Counted from the stretch's first letter, positions 38,513 to 48,598 are shown. The stretch: DNA of 64,000 bases from Bacteroidota bacterium (GCA_013285595.1 JABDHF010000005.1:5777-69776), one strand, 5' to 3'. Translations and numbers: made by a program. Notes: a model not told the origin generated them from the sequence alone.

Positions 38513-40066
38513 ATGCGGAAGTTCATCCTGTTTGCTACAGTTCTATTTTTTACAGCAATAATTTTCACCGTCTCCTGCAGGCACAAACCGAATGTAACAC
38601 CTGTTGTTGTCACTGCTGATAGCAGTAACTTTCCTGACTCCATCTCTAAAATACTTGTTTCTAAATGCGATGTGGATGGCTGCCACAACAAGGCAAGTTC
38701 AATAAATGCAGGACAATTGGCATTAGATTCATGGGAACATTTATTTAACGGGGGCCTGGGCGGCGCCGTAGCTATTGCCTATAGCCCTGATTACAGCCTG
38801 CTGCTGCAAAGGGTAAATATGGACCCTGCTTTAGGCACAGCAATATTTGACTACGATAGTATGCACAATAAGTTGTTGACTACAGCGCAATACTTAACGC
38901 TAAGCAACTGGATAAAAAATGGCGCGCCCGATAAAAATGGCAATATCCCCTTTGCGGCTGACCCTGATACCCGGCAAAAAATATACCTGGCTCACTCCTC
39001 GCCCTGCAATGTGGTGGCAGTAATAGATGCCAAGAGTAAACTGATAATGCGTTACATAAAAGTAGGCGACCAGCTCGATGAATTGCCTCACGATGTAGAA
39101 GTATCCAGCGATGGCGCTTTTGCTTACGTATCATTGTTTGGCGGCAACCTGGTACAAAAAATAGATACCCGCACAGATGCTATTGTTAGCACTATAAACC
39201 TCAGCACAGAAACCCAGGGTGCCGCAGCCGGCGGGTGGAGTATTATCTATTTGTCTCCGCAGGATACTGCCTTTATGGTGAGCGGCTATGTGCCAAACGG
39301 CGGTATAGTTTCTGTAAATACAGCAGCCATGCAGGTAGACAATAAAAAAACGATCGATTTTAGAAACACCGGCTCCAGCAGCTTCTTTTCGTACCCCCAT
39401 GGTATCGCCAGTAATCCCACATTCGATACCTTTTTTACTACGCTGCAATATGGCAATGCAGTGATCAGGTATTCGTGTAACCCGCTTAAGTTTAAATTCA
39501 TCAGCGTTAACGGACAAACACCTGGCTCTACCGACTCAACCGACCACACGAGCCCTAACCCTCACCAGGTAATAATGGCCCCTGATTATTCCCGGTATTT
39601 CGTTACCTGCCAGCATACGCAAAACCTGCCTGGTACCGTGAGCGTGATCGACGCACATACCGATGCGATAGATACACAGATAACTGTAGGCTCTTATCCA
39701 CAAGAAATGGCCATATCTACCTCAAAAAACTATTTGTTCGTAGCCTGTATGGAAGATTATGACAATCCCAATGCCGGAATGCTTGGTTCTGTGTATGTGA
39801 TAAACCTCAGCACATACGAGATAGTAAAAAAGATCTATGGAAATTTCCGTCAACCTCACGATATAGCTGTGGACGAGAGAGACGGGTTGCTCTTTATAGG
39901 AAGCAGGAATGCCGATGCAGGAGGCGTAGTATCTCACCATTCTACTTCCTGTGGCGGTAACGCCGGCTGGTATAGCGTATATGACCTGAATACTTTAATG
40001 CCCGCAGATAACCAGTACTACCAGGCAGGCAGAGACGCTTATACACTTGCAGTACGGTTTAAGTGA
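38513..40066 (+). CDS. Lipoprotein: c-type cytochrome-like domain (CX4CH) plus YncE/YVTN-type beta-propeller
   Basis: Lipobox TVSC; SKCDVDGCH...LALDSW...WIKNGAP; propeller blades VAVID, VQKID, VSVID, VYVIN. Confidence 0.72.
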   Translation: MRKFILFATVLFFTAIIFTVSCRHKPNVTPVVVTADSSNFPDSISKILVSKCDVDGCHNKASSINAGQLALDSWEHLFNGGLGGAVAIAYSPDYSLLLQRVNMDPALGTAIFDYDSMHNKLLTTAQYLTLSNWIKNGAPDKNGNIPFAADPDTRQKIYLAHSSPCNVVAVIDAKSKLIMRYIKVGDQLDELPHDVEVSSDGAFAYVSLFGGNLVQKIDTRTDAIVSTINLSTETQGAAAGGWSIIYLSPQDTAFMVSGYVPNGGIVSVNTAAMQVDNKKTIDFRNTGSSSFFSYPHGIASNPTFDTFFTTLQYGNAVIRYSCNPLKFKFISVNGQTPGSTDSTDHTSPNPHQVIMAPDYSRYFVTCQHTQNLPGTVSVIDAHTDAIDTQITVGSYPQEMAISTSKNYLFVACMEDYDNPNAGMLGSVYVINLSTYEIVKKIYGNFRQPHDIAVDERDGLLFIGSRNADAGGVVSHHSTSCGGNAGWYSVYDLNTLMPADNQYYQAGRDAYTLAVRFK

Positions 40067-40177
40067 TCACGTTTGATAAACAGTACCCGCAGTAAAATGT
40101 GAAGTCAGGCATACAAATACACTAATAACTCAGTAACATACATTCAGGTAGGTGACGCCTATTAAATAAAACATCAA

Positions 40178-40525
40178 ATGCTCACAGTATCGCTACACGG
40201 AATAAAAGTACAGGCGCCACGCGGTCTTTATGCGGAAGAACATATCATAGGCAATGCCTTTGAAGTAGATGTGGATATATGGCTGCCCGATGCGCAGCCG
40301 TGGCCATATGCAGATTACACCCTGGTACAAAAAACGGTAGCCGCAGCATTCCTGCAAAAAGAAAGGCTGCTGGAAGCCTTCGTCTTTAGCATATACACGG
40401 ATCTGAAAGCAAATTTCCCTTTCGCTGAAAAAATAAGGGTAGCCGTACGGAAACTGCACCCACCTATGCACGGATCTGTTAGTTATGCCCAGGTGTGCTA
40501 CGAAACCCCCTTAGGAGTTCAGTAG
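40178..40525 (+). CDS. folB: Dihydroneopterin aldolase
   Basis: GLYAEEHIIGNAFEVDV, DY, LLE, VRKLHPP motifs. Confidence 0.85.
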   Translation: MLTVSLHGIKVQAPRGLYAEEHIIGNAFEVDVDIWLPDAQPWPYADYTLVQKTVAAAFLQKERLLEAFVFSIYTDLKANFPFAEKIRVAVRKLHPPMHGSVSYAQVCYETPLGVQ

Positions 40526-42715
40526 CTTCTCCAGCGCCGTATCATAAGCTTCTTTCCAGTCGCCTACAAAACCCCAGCTTTCGTCGTCTACAAATAGCTC
40601 CTTTTTTGCATTTACAAAACCCAGCTTGGTAAAGGGAGTACCCTTTAGTTCTGCTTCAAAAATGGCATGCAGGTCGGGGTTAATGGTTACCACTACCCTG
40701 CTTTGCGCCTCGCCAAAAAGCACCGCGTCTTTACGGATGCCCTTAGGCGTCTGCATGGTGAAGCCATGGCCATTGGTCATAGCACATTCCAGCAGGCAGG
40801 CAAACAAGCCGCCCTCAGAAATATCGTGCGCCGACTTCACCAGCTTGGCGCTGATCAACCGCTGCACCGTTTGCTGCAACTGATATTCTTCTTCCAGCTC
40901 AAAGTGGGGAGCAGGGCTATAGTTGATACCACAAATATGGTGCAGGTATTCAGAGCAGTTAATATCCTTCCTGCTTTCACCCAGCAGATAAATGCTATCA
41001 CCGGGATGTTTAAAATTAAGCGACATCTTCTGGTCCATTGTATCCAGTACGCCTACCATGCCTATAGTAGGCGTAGGGTATACCGGCCCGTCCTCACTCT
41101 GGTTATAAAAGCTTACGTTGCCACCAGTTACCGGCGTATCAAATTTCAGGCAGGCTTCACCCATACCTTTTATGGCATGTACAAACTGGTAATACACTTC
41201 AGGGTTATACGGGTTGCCAAAGTTCAGGCAGTTAGTTATTGCCACAGGCAGGCCGCCGCTGCACACTATATTCCGCGCTGCTTCGCTCACAGCTATCATA
41301 GCGCCCTTGTAGGGGTCTGCAAATACATAGCGGCTGTTGCAGTCTGTAGTTACCGCGAGCCCTTTTTGTGAACCATGCACCTTCACTATAGGTGCATCGC
41401 TCGGCTCGTTAGTATGCGTATTACCTGTGCCTACCATGCTATCGTACTGCTCATATATCCAGCGTTTCGATGCTATGTTAGGCAACTGTATTAGTTGATA
41501 CGCTATCTCTTTCAGATCGCCTGGCTGCTTTATGCTGTCAATATTAAACTTCTTGATCTCACTAAAATATGCTGGCTCCCTATACTCGCGCTCATACACA
41601 GGCGCACCGCCACCCAGCACCAGGCTTTCGGCCGGCACATCGGCTATCAGTTCGCCGTTCATGTAGTATTTCAGGTTCTGGTCTTTGGTTACCTTACCTA
41701 TCTCCACACAGTGTATATCCCACTTGTCAAATATTCGCTGCACTTCATCTTCCCTGCCCTTCTTCACCACTATCAGCATGCGCTCCTGGCTTTCGCTCAG
41801 CAGCATTTCCCATGGCTTCATGTTCGCCTGGCGTGTAGGCACTTTGTCCAGGTGTATGATCATGCCATGCTCGCCTTTAGCGCTCATTTCGCTGGTACTG
41901 CAGGTAATGCCTGCCGCACCCATATCCTGCATGCCTATCAGCGCGCCTGTTGGTATCATCTCCAGGCATGCCTCCAGTAGTTTTTTCTCTTCAAACGGAT
42001 CGCCCACCTGTACAGATGGCAGTTGCTCAGCGCTGTTCTCACTGATATCAGCCGATGCAAATGATGCACCTCCTATACCATCCTTACCCGTAGATGCCCC
42101 CACAATAAATATCGGGTTACCCTCGCCATGCGATGTTGCAGATACCGTTTGCCCTGCCTTTACTACACCTACGCTCATGGCATTGACCAATGGATTGGTC
42201 TGGTAGCAGCTTTCATAATATACTTCACCGGCCACAGTAGGCACACCAAAGCAATTGCCATAGTGCCCTATGCCTTTTACCACGCCTTTTATCAGCCACT
42301 TTGTTTTAGGATTATCTACTTTACCAAACCGCAATGAATTGAGCGATGCAATAGGCCTTGCGCCCATAGTAAAAATATCGCGGTGTATGCCGCCCACACC
42401 CGTAGCTGCACCCTGGAAAGGCTCTATCGCCGATGGATGGTTGTGCGATTCTATCTTGAACACGCAGCCCCAGCCATCACCTATATCTACAAGGCCGGCA
42501 TTTTCCTCCCCAGCTTTTACCAGCAGCTTTGCACCATCACGGGGCAGCGTTTTCAGCCATTTTATAGAGTTTTTGTAGCTGCAATGTTCACTCCACATTA
42601 CGGAGTACATGGCTACTTCATTAAAATTGGGCGTGCGGCCCAGTATCTCTTTTATCTTTTCAAATTCTTCTTCGCGAAGGCCAAGTTTGGTGGCTTGTTC
42701 GAGTGTGGCAGTCAT
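40511..42715 (-). CDS. purL: Phosphoribosylformylglycinamidine synthase subunit PurL
   Basis: MWSEHCSYK, KIESHNHPS, QDMGAAG, LSESQERM, NCLNFGNP, VSFYN. Confidence 0.98.
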   Translation of the reverse strand: MTATLEQATKLGLREEEFEKIKEILGRTPNFNEVAMYSVMWSEHCSYKNSIKWLKTLPRDGAKLLVKAGEENAGLVDIGDGWGCVFKIESHNHPSAIEPFQGAATGVGGIHRDIFTMGARPIASLNSLRFGKVDNPKTKWLIKGVVKGIGHYGNCFGVPTVAGEVYYESCYQTNPLVNAMSVGVVKAGQTVSATSHGEGNPIFIVGASTGKDGIGGASFASADISENSAEQLPSVQVGDPFEEKKLLEACLEMIPTGALIGMQDMGAAGITCSTSEMSAKGEHGMIIHLDKVPTRQANMKPWEMLLSESQERMLIVVKKGREDEVQRIFDKWDIHCVEIGKVTKDQNLKYYMNGELIADVPAESLVLGGGAPVYEREYREPAYFSEIKKFNIDSIKQPGDLKEIAYQLIQLPNIASKRWIYEQYDSMVGTGNTHTNEPSDAPIVKVHGSQKGLAVTTDCNSRYVFADPYKGAMIAVSEAARNIVCSGGLPVAITNCLNFGNPYNPEVYYQFVHAIKGMGEACLKFDTPVTGGNVSFYNQSEDGPVYPTPTIGMVGVLDTMDQKMSLNFKHPGDSIYLLGESRKDINCSEYLHHICGINYSPAPHFELEEEYQLQQTVQRLISAKLVKSAHDISEGGLFACLLECAMTNGHGFTMQTPKGIRKDAVLFGEAQSRVVVTINPDLHAIFEAELKGTPFTKLGFVNAKKELFVDDESWGFVGDWKEAYDTALEKLLNS

Positions 42716-42789
42716 ACTGCAAACCTACAAAATTTTAGGGAGGGCACATATCTGTTCAGCACGGCGATCAAATTTTCACAGATCGGAAC

Positions 42790-42823
42790 AAAAAAAAGAG
42801 GCTATGTTCTGCACATAGCCTCT
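42790..42823 (-). terminator. Rho-independent terminator
   Basis: A-run AGAGGCTATGT-TCTGC-ACATAGCCTCT. Confidence 0.8.
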
Positions 42824-42845
42824 GATCAAAAATAGGTTGCAATAT

Positions 42846-43715
42846 TCATAATATAAAAAACGGCGTTACAAGGGCCAAAACTGTAGGTGCATCCAGCGGC
42901 TCATCAAATGCCGCTGTAGCAGATGCCTGCGGTATTGTGCCAGAAGCCCCTGGTAACGAGGTAATGGTGATGCCTTCCTGGCCCACATTATCTTCTCCCA
43001 GGTAGTTAGCCTGCAACGCCACTATAGGTGGTATATTATTGGTTATCCATGGCGCGGGATACTCTGCGGCTGCGCCAGAAAGCCTCCGTACATAGCGTAT
43101 GTGCGCTGCATGCCTCGCCTCCACGCAGCTGATCTCAAGCGCCTGCTGCAGTACTGTAGAATTAGCACTGCCAAAAAACGCTGGCATTTGCCCTTGGTAA
43201 GCGCGTACGCCGGTATCTTCAAACGTTTGCGCCACTATTAAAAATGTCTTATAATCTTCAAAAACATGGTATGTGCCACCCTTGGTAAAATCATATGCAC
43301 CAGACGGTATATATGCCGGAATATTAGAAGCTGCATTGTAATTCTTAGGAGTATATGGAGTAACGCCCATAGTAGTGAGTGCGTTAGTCAAAAAGTTGAT
43401 GTGCGACAGCTCATGCGCTTCAATGGTCTGGAAACCGGGCTGGTCACTGCCCGGTATCAGGCCACCGGTGTTATTGGCTACATGGTAGTAATTGAATTCA
43501 AGGTATTCCAGTTTCAGCGCAAAATTCAAAGCATCGCCCACTGCGCTGGTGGTTTTGCCATAAGCCTTTTTGAACATAGACCCTACTGCAATAGGAAGCG
43601 CAGCCGCAGCCACCTTCGACCCAAAACTTCTCAGCACATCGCGGCGACCGCTCAGCCTTTCATACACCTCTGGGTCTGTCTTTTCAATTTCGGCAAGTAT
43701 ATTTCTAAAGTTCAT
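42846..43715 (-). CDS. Ferritin-like domain protein (Ferritin_2 type)
   Basis: LNFALKLEYLE, HELSH, FEDTGVRAY, VEARHA di-iron ligands; RR-containing leader. Confidence 0.88.
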   Translation of the reverse strand: MNFRNILAEIEKTDPEVYERLSGRRDVLRSFGSKVAAAALPIAVGSMFKKAYGKTTSAVGDALNFALKLEYLEFNYYHVANNTGGLIPGSDQPGFQTIEAHELSHINFLTNALTTMGVTPYTPKNYNAASNIPAYIPSGAYDFTKGGTYHVFEDYKTFLIVAQTFEDTGVRAYQGQMPAFFGSANSTVLQQALEISCVEARHAAHIRYVRRLSGAAAEYPAPWITNNIPPIVALQANYLGEDNVGQEGITITSLPGASGTIPQASATAAFDEPLDAPTVLALVTPFFIL

Positions 43716-43728
43716 GTTCTGTTGATTA

Positions 43729-44415
43729 CTAATTAGGCAATTTTCTTGAGTCGAATTTTGTGAGGATATAATTTTGCTGCGCGATAGCTAAAACAGCCGA
43801 TGGCGAATTGGAATGATCCATAGCATTGCTTCCTACGCCTGTAGAAAAGGTGTTGTAAGCATATACATCCTTGAAATAAGCCGAATGGCGTGCCTCTACA
43901 GTCACCATTTTATTAAATTCGCGCGTGTAGTCAGTATTGGTAAGCAATGGTGCCGCGCCTATAAGGCCGGTAACAACCAGGTCTTCAAGCTGTGCAGCAT
44001 TGGTTAATACACTCGTGCGGTCTGCGAATGTTACCGAAGAAAATGCAATATCTATAGGCATAACGGCATCAGAGCCTAGCAGCGCTTTAAAGAACTCGCG
44101 GTGCGCTATTTCCTGGTCGCGCACGTCTGTCAGCAGTTGCAATTCGCTTTGAGATATGCCATAATAATTAGTGACAACAGCCTGTGTATAAAAAGCCGCT
44201 TCTACTTGCTGCAGTATATACATGTAATTGAGCAATGCCGTGTCTCCGCTGCCTATGTATACATCTGTAGGCCCGCTCGTTTTTTTACATGCCGAGAATA
44301 AAATACCAGCCCCGGCAATGCCGCCCGCAAGCTGGAAAAAACGCCGCCTCGATACATCGTACCCGCTTTCCATTTCTTCCACCTGCCCGCCGGCCGGTGT
44401 GTTCCATATTTTCAT
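43729..44415 (-). CDS. Ferritin-like domain Tat lipoprotein
   Basis: SRRRFF twin-Arg, LFSAC lipobox, EAAFY, EIAH, ED, VEARHS. Confidence 0.85.
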   Translation of the reverse strand: MKIWNTPAGGQVEEMESGYDVSRRRFFQLAGGIAGAGILFSACKKTSGPTDVYIGSGDTALLNYMYILQQVEAAFYTQAVVTNYYGISQSELQLLTDVRDQEIAHREFFKALLGSDAVMPIDIAFSSVTFADRTSVLTNAAQLEDLVVTGLIGAAPLLTNTDYTREFNKMVTVEARHSAYFKDVYAYNTFSTGVGSNAMDHSNSPSAVLAIAQQNYILTKFDSRKLPN

Positions 44416-44690
44416 ACGCTCAGTTTGTTGATTTTATACAGCGCAAGCTATGCCCATTTAGGGTAATAAATTGCCAACTGGCCTTAAAATTAAAAAAAGC
44501 GCACTTCAAAGCAACATATTCCTTTTGCTTTAGCGCATTTTTTTTAATTGTATATTATTCAGCCTTTTACTTGTGGTTATAAAGTTATTAAGAAAAGAGG
44601 GAAAAAGAAACCTATGGAGAAATATTTACCATGTGGGCTACCAAGACACTGCTCCCGGCTAATGAACTAATCAACAAATTAACGGATCAA

Positions 44691-44930
44691 CTAATTCTTC
44701 CCTATTACAAATACAAAAGGAAGATCCATCCGATTATTAAGCGCGGCACGCACTTTATCAGCCTTTTTTATCATTTTGTATTTCTGGATGTCTATGATCT
44801 CTAAAGCAGAGACATAATTTTTACTAATGCCAGTATGCCGAAGATAGGAAGCAAGAAATACCGCCGAAGGTACATCGGCAGCAATGATATTTTTTACGTA
44901 GTGCAACCATACATTATTTCCGTTCCACAT
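44691..44930 (-). CDS. Small hypothetical protein
   Basis: 79-aa ORF starting 15 nt after the small lipoprotein on the same strand; no recognisable motif. Confidence 0.35.
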   Translation of the reverse strand: MWNGNNVWLHYVKNIIAADVPSAVFLASYLRHTGISKNYVSALEIIDIQKYKMIKKADKVRAALNNRMDLPFVFVIGKN

Positions 44931-44945
44931 ACCGGTACATTTTAT

Positions 44946-45092
44946 TTATCTAAATCTTTTGTGCTTATAAACACCGTTCAGGTCGGCGCCGCAGCCACAT
45001 TTTTTACGAGTATTACAACTTTGTGCCAGCGACACAAAAATAATTGCAAAAACTATATAGATCACTGCTTTAACCGGCTTTCTTCGTTTCAT
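44946..45092 (-). CDS. Small basic Cys-containing lipoprotein (48 aa)
   Basis: MKRRKPVKAVIYIVFAIIFVSLAQSC-NTRKKCGCGADLNGVYKHKRFR; start at ATG 45092. Confidence 0.6.
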   Translation of the reverse strand: MKRRKPVKAVIYIVFAIIFVSLAQSCNTRKKCGCGADLNGVYKHKRFR

Positions 45093-45121
45093 AAATTTTA
45101 CTTTTGTAAAAATAGGAATTA

Positions 45122-46216
45122 TTGCCAATACTAAATCCTAAACAAATACTAATTGCCCCCCTCGACTGGGGACTTGGGCATACCGCCCGTTGCGTGCCGC
45201 TCATCCGCCATATCAGGGCTTTAGGGCACCACCCTATAGTAGCCGGTAACGCTTCGCAGCAGGCATTTATACAGCAGACCTTTGGAGCCATAGACTTTAT
45301 CCACCTCGATGGCTATAACATCACCTATTCCAAATGGAACCGCTTTGCGCAGGCAGGCTTGCTCTCCCAGTTACCACGTTTGCATAAAACCATCCGGAAT
45401 GAGCATCAGTGGCTGCAAGAACTTTCGCAGCGCATACACATAGATGGGATCATTTCAGATAATCGCTATGGCTTGTACCATGCATCCATTCCGTCTGTAA
45501 TAATGACGCACCAGCTTATGGTGCTTAGTGGCATGGGCAGCATGATGGACCGTGCTATTCAAAAAGTACATTATAAATACTTAGAACAGTTCGGCAATAC
45601 CTGGGTGGTAGATATTCCCGGAAGTGTAAACCTTGCAGGCAAATTATCCCATCCGCATATATTGCCGACAGCGTCAAAATACATTGGGCTCCTCTCGCGC
45701 TTTGAAGAAAAAGAGTTGCAGGATACCACGGAAGAAACTCTGTTAATATTGCTTTCCGGGCCGGAGCCTCAACGCAGCATTTTATCCCGTATACTCTGGC
45801 AACAGGCAACCCGCTATAATGGTAAAGTGGTGTTTGTAGAGGGCAGCGATACAGCAGTACCTAAGGTAATTATTCCACCACACATCACTTACCACAAAAG
45901 ATTAACTGACAAACAATTAGCTCCAATATTGCAAGCCGCAAATATGGTCGTTTGCCGTAGCGGCTATTCCACCCTTATGGATGTTATTGCCCTTCGCAAA
46001 AAAGCCATACTCATCCCCACCCCGGGCCAGACGGAACAAGCATATCTTGCCCGGCATATACATGCACAAGGCATATACTACGCAACAAAGCAGCGTGAGT
46101 TTAATTTAGATGCGGCACTTAAGGGAGCCGCGGGGTTTCCTTATCATCTCCCTTCTTTTCCAGGCGCTTACTCCATGTACAAAAGTATTGTCTCGCAGTG
46201 GCTGAATGGCTTGTGA
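45122..46216 (+). CDS. GT-B glycosyltransferase (GT28/MurG-like)
   Basis: PLDWGLGHTARC, ISDNR, LSGPEPQR, CRSGYSTLMD, PTPGQTEQ; TTG start. Confidence 0.9.
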   Translation: MPILNPKQILIAPLDWGLGHTARCVPLIRHIRALGHHPIVAGNASQQAFIQQTFGAIDFIHLDGYNITYSKWNRFAQAGLLSQLPRLHKTIRNEHQWLQELSQRIHIDGIISDNRYGLYHASIPSVIMTHQLMVLSGMGSMMDRAIQKVHYKYLEQFGNTWVVDIPGSVNLAGKLSHPHILPTASKYIGLLSRFEEKELQDTTEETLLILLSGPEPQRSILSRILWQQATRYNGKVVFVEGSDTAVPKVIIPPHITYHKRLTDKQLAPILQAANMVVCRSGYSTLMDVIALRKKAILIPTPGQTEQAYLARHIHAQGIYYATKQREFNLDAALKGAAGFPYHLPSFPGAYSMYKSIVSQWLNGL

Positions 46217-46224
46217 AGTACTAA

Positions 46225-47055
46225 TTACACCGTTGCCAGGTGCAAATGCTCTGACTGTACCCTCTCACCAAAAAAAGTACTTGCATGGGTATCAAAGTCT
46301 AGGGTATCGTCGGTAGTATAAAAACTCCTTCTGCCCTCTTTTGTGAGCGCGCTTTCTATTTCCGCATGCCGTTGCAGGTAGTCTGCAAGGCTATCTGCTA
46401 CTACCTGGCCTTGCGCCACCGCGGTTACCCCGGCGGGCAGGTATTTCTGTATCTTCTCCATTAGCAATGGATAATGGGTGCAGGCAAGCAGTATCGTATC
46501 TATTTCCGGTGCAGACGATAGCAGCTGGTCCAGGTATCTTTGCACAAAATAGTCGGCCCCGGCAGAGTTGTACTCTCCATATTCCACTATCGGCACCCAC
46601 ATAGGGCAGGCAAGCTGGTGTACCTTTATCTCCGGGAAAAATTTATTGATCTCCATCTGGTAAGAACCTGAGTTTATAGTCCCCTTTGTTCCCAGCACAC
46701 CTACAGAGCCAGACTTTGTATAGGTACCTATTACCTCTGCGGTAGGGCGTATTACACCTAGCACCCGTTTATTTGCGCCTATACGTGGCAGGTCTTGCTG
46801 CTGTATGGTGCGCAGTGCCTTGGCCGATGCCGTATTGCATGCCAGTATCACCAGCGGACAGCCCATTTTAAAGAACCATTCTACACATTCCAGGGTATAT
46901 TGATGCACCGTGTCAAACGACCGGTTGCCATAGGGCGCCCGGGCATTATCGCCCAGGTATATATAATCGTATTCCGGCAGCAGGCCGGCTATAGACCTGA
47001 AAACCGTAAGACCGCCATAACCCGAATCAAAAACACCTATAGGACTGGATGCCAT
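46225..47055 (-). CDS. murI: Glutamate racemase
   Basis: GVFDSGYGGLTV, LACNTAS, LACTHYP. Confidence 0.97.
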   Translation of the reverse strand: MASSPIGVFDSGYGGLTVFRSIAGLLPEYDYIYLGDNARAPYGNRSFDTVHQYTLECVEWFFKMGCPLVILACNTASAKALRTIQQQDLPRIGANKRVLGVIRPTAEVIGTYTKSGSVGVLGTKGTINSGSYQMEINKFFPEIKVHQLACPMWVPIVEYGEYNSAGADYFVQRYLDQLLSSAPEIDTILLACTHYPLLMEKIQKYLPAGVTAVAQGQVVADSLADYLQRHAEIESALTKEGRRSFYTTDDTLDFDTHASTFFGERVQSEHLHLATV

Positions 47056-47118
47056 GTGGAATAAAAAGTTGAAAATATCCGATTAACTAAACGACATAAG
47101 AAAAGAAAAGTAGAATTC

Positions 47119-47183
47119 CTGTCATGGTGAGCCCCGTCGAACCATGACATGCTGAGCACTTAATTTCAGCCAAATAGAATTCC
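47119..47183 (-). repeat. Interspersed REP-like element, copy 2
   Basis: CTGTCATGGTGAGCCCCGTCGAACCATGACATGCTGAG...GCCAAATAGAATTCC; inverted copy of 17281-17346. Confidence 0.8.
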
Positions 47184-47236
47184 AATAGCAATTCATTATC
47201 ACACGGAAACATAAAGGTAACAGATAACTGCTACAC

Positions 47237-47268
47237 AAAAAAGGAGCGCCTGTATAAGGCGCTCCTTT
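47237..47268 (-). terminator. Rho-independent terminator
   Basis: AAAAAAGGAGCGCCT-GTATA-AGGCGCTCCTTT. Confidence 0.8.
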
Positions 47269-47290
47269 CAAAATATCAATAGACAGCTAA

Positions 47291-48598
47291 TTAACGAGCT
47301 ATCACCAGTTGTTTTACTATTTGTCCCTGCTGAGCGCCTGTTATTTTTACGAAATAAGTGCCTTCAGCCAGGTTGTTTAAAGATACTGCGCTATTGTACT
47401 GAGTAGCTTCAGGGGCGTCCCATTGCCTTACTATGCTGCCCTGTACATTGTAGATAGCTATAGTAGCAGTCTGTGCCTTTGTCCAGTTTAGGTCTATGTG
47501 CAGCATGTTTTGTGCTGGCACAGGGTAGATGTTAGCATCACCACCTGCATTAGCTATGCTTTTTACAGCAGCAACAGACGGATCATAAGTTCCATAATAG
47601 TAGCTAGCCATTGGATCGCCGCTTGCGTGCTCAAATACGCCCACCACGTTCCATGCTGTACCAGTGTGCGATGTCAGTTGGTTACTGCTGTTATAAGTAT
47701 TTACAAACTGCATCACATTATCCCATGTATTGCTGGTATCATTCCAAGTTTGCAACACGTCAATCTGAGGCATTGTATTGCCAGCATATGTGTATATGTG
47801 CAGTGAGTCATTTATAAATGTACCGCTCAGCACATCCCAGTGCTGGTATAATTTGTTCGTCATATTATCAGAGCCGTCGTAGCTGTTGGTATTCATGCTC
47901 ACAGCCACCCACGCGCTGCCATTCCATGTGCTATGCAGGGTGTTAAGTACTTTATTTGTAGCAGTATACGTATAGTCATATTTATCAGTGTACGCCGGGG
48001 TGCCTGCTACATTCAGGTCGGTTTCGTTAATAATGTTAGTATTTGTAGCATCGTATATGTACGTTTTCTGACTGTTGGCATCAAAAACAGAGGTCAGACC
48101 GTTCCATGTATTATATTCGTCTTTATACAATTTGCCGGCTGCGTTATAGCTATATACATCCTGCGCTACTGGCGAAAAAGATGTGCCGTTCCAGGTCTGC
48201 ATGGTCAGCGTCGTAACCTGGTTGTTTGCGTTATACGTATACAGGTTTTTAGAAGACAATATCCAGGTACTGCCGCTCCAATATTGGTAAGTGATGCTAA
48301 TGATATTGTTATTTGCATCAAATTCTTGTATATAATTTAAATAGTTCTCATAACCCGTTGATGAGTCAACAAACTTCCAGGTTGTAGAATTATCGTATTT
48401 CATTATATGCATAAGGTCTCCGCCTCTGCCACCAGAATAATTATAACCCGACGAATCCACTGGTGTGAATATAACACCATTGTTAACCCAATCACTTTTC
48501 GCGATTAACCTTGAAGAGGTTTGGGCCTGTAGATCCTGGGAAAGAATTGCAGGTATTGCAAGCGTAAGGAGTAGCATCTTTCTTTTCATAAAAGGCAT
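47291..48598 (-). CDS. T9SS-secreted protein with about 30-aa W/Y-rich beta-hairpin repeats
   Basis: LQA-Q signal; repeats such as QTWNGTSF...YSYNAAGK; C-terminal IYPVPA...LAEGTYFV sorting domain; start may be 48589. Confidence 0.85.
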   Translation of the reverse strand: MPFMKRKMLLLTLAIPAILSQDLQAQTSSRLIAKSDWVNNGVIFTPVDSSGYNYSGGRGGDLMHIMKYDNSTTWKFVDSSTGYENYLNYIQEFDANNNIISITYQYWSGSTWILSSKNLYTYNANNQVTTLTMQTWNGTSFSPVAQDVYSYNAAGKLYKDEYNTWNGLTSVFDANSQKTYIYDATNTNIINETDLNVAGTPAYTDKYDYTYTATNKVLNTLHSTWNGSAWVAVSMNTNSYDGSDNMTNKLYQHWDVLSGTFINDSLHIYTYAGNTMPQIDVLQTWNDTSNTWDNVMQFVNTYNSSNQLTSHTGTAWNVVGVFEHASGDPMASYYYGTYDPSVAAVKSIANAGGDANIYPVPAQNMLHIDLNWTKAQTATIAIYNVQGSIVRQWDAPEATQYNSAVSLNNLAEGTYFVKITGAQQGQIVKQLVIAR

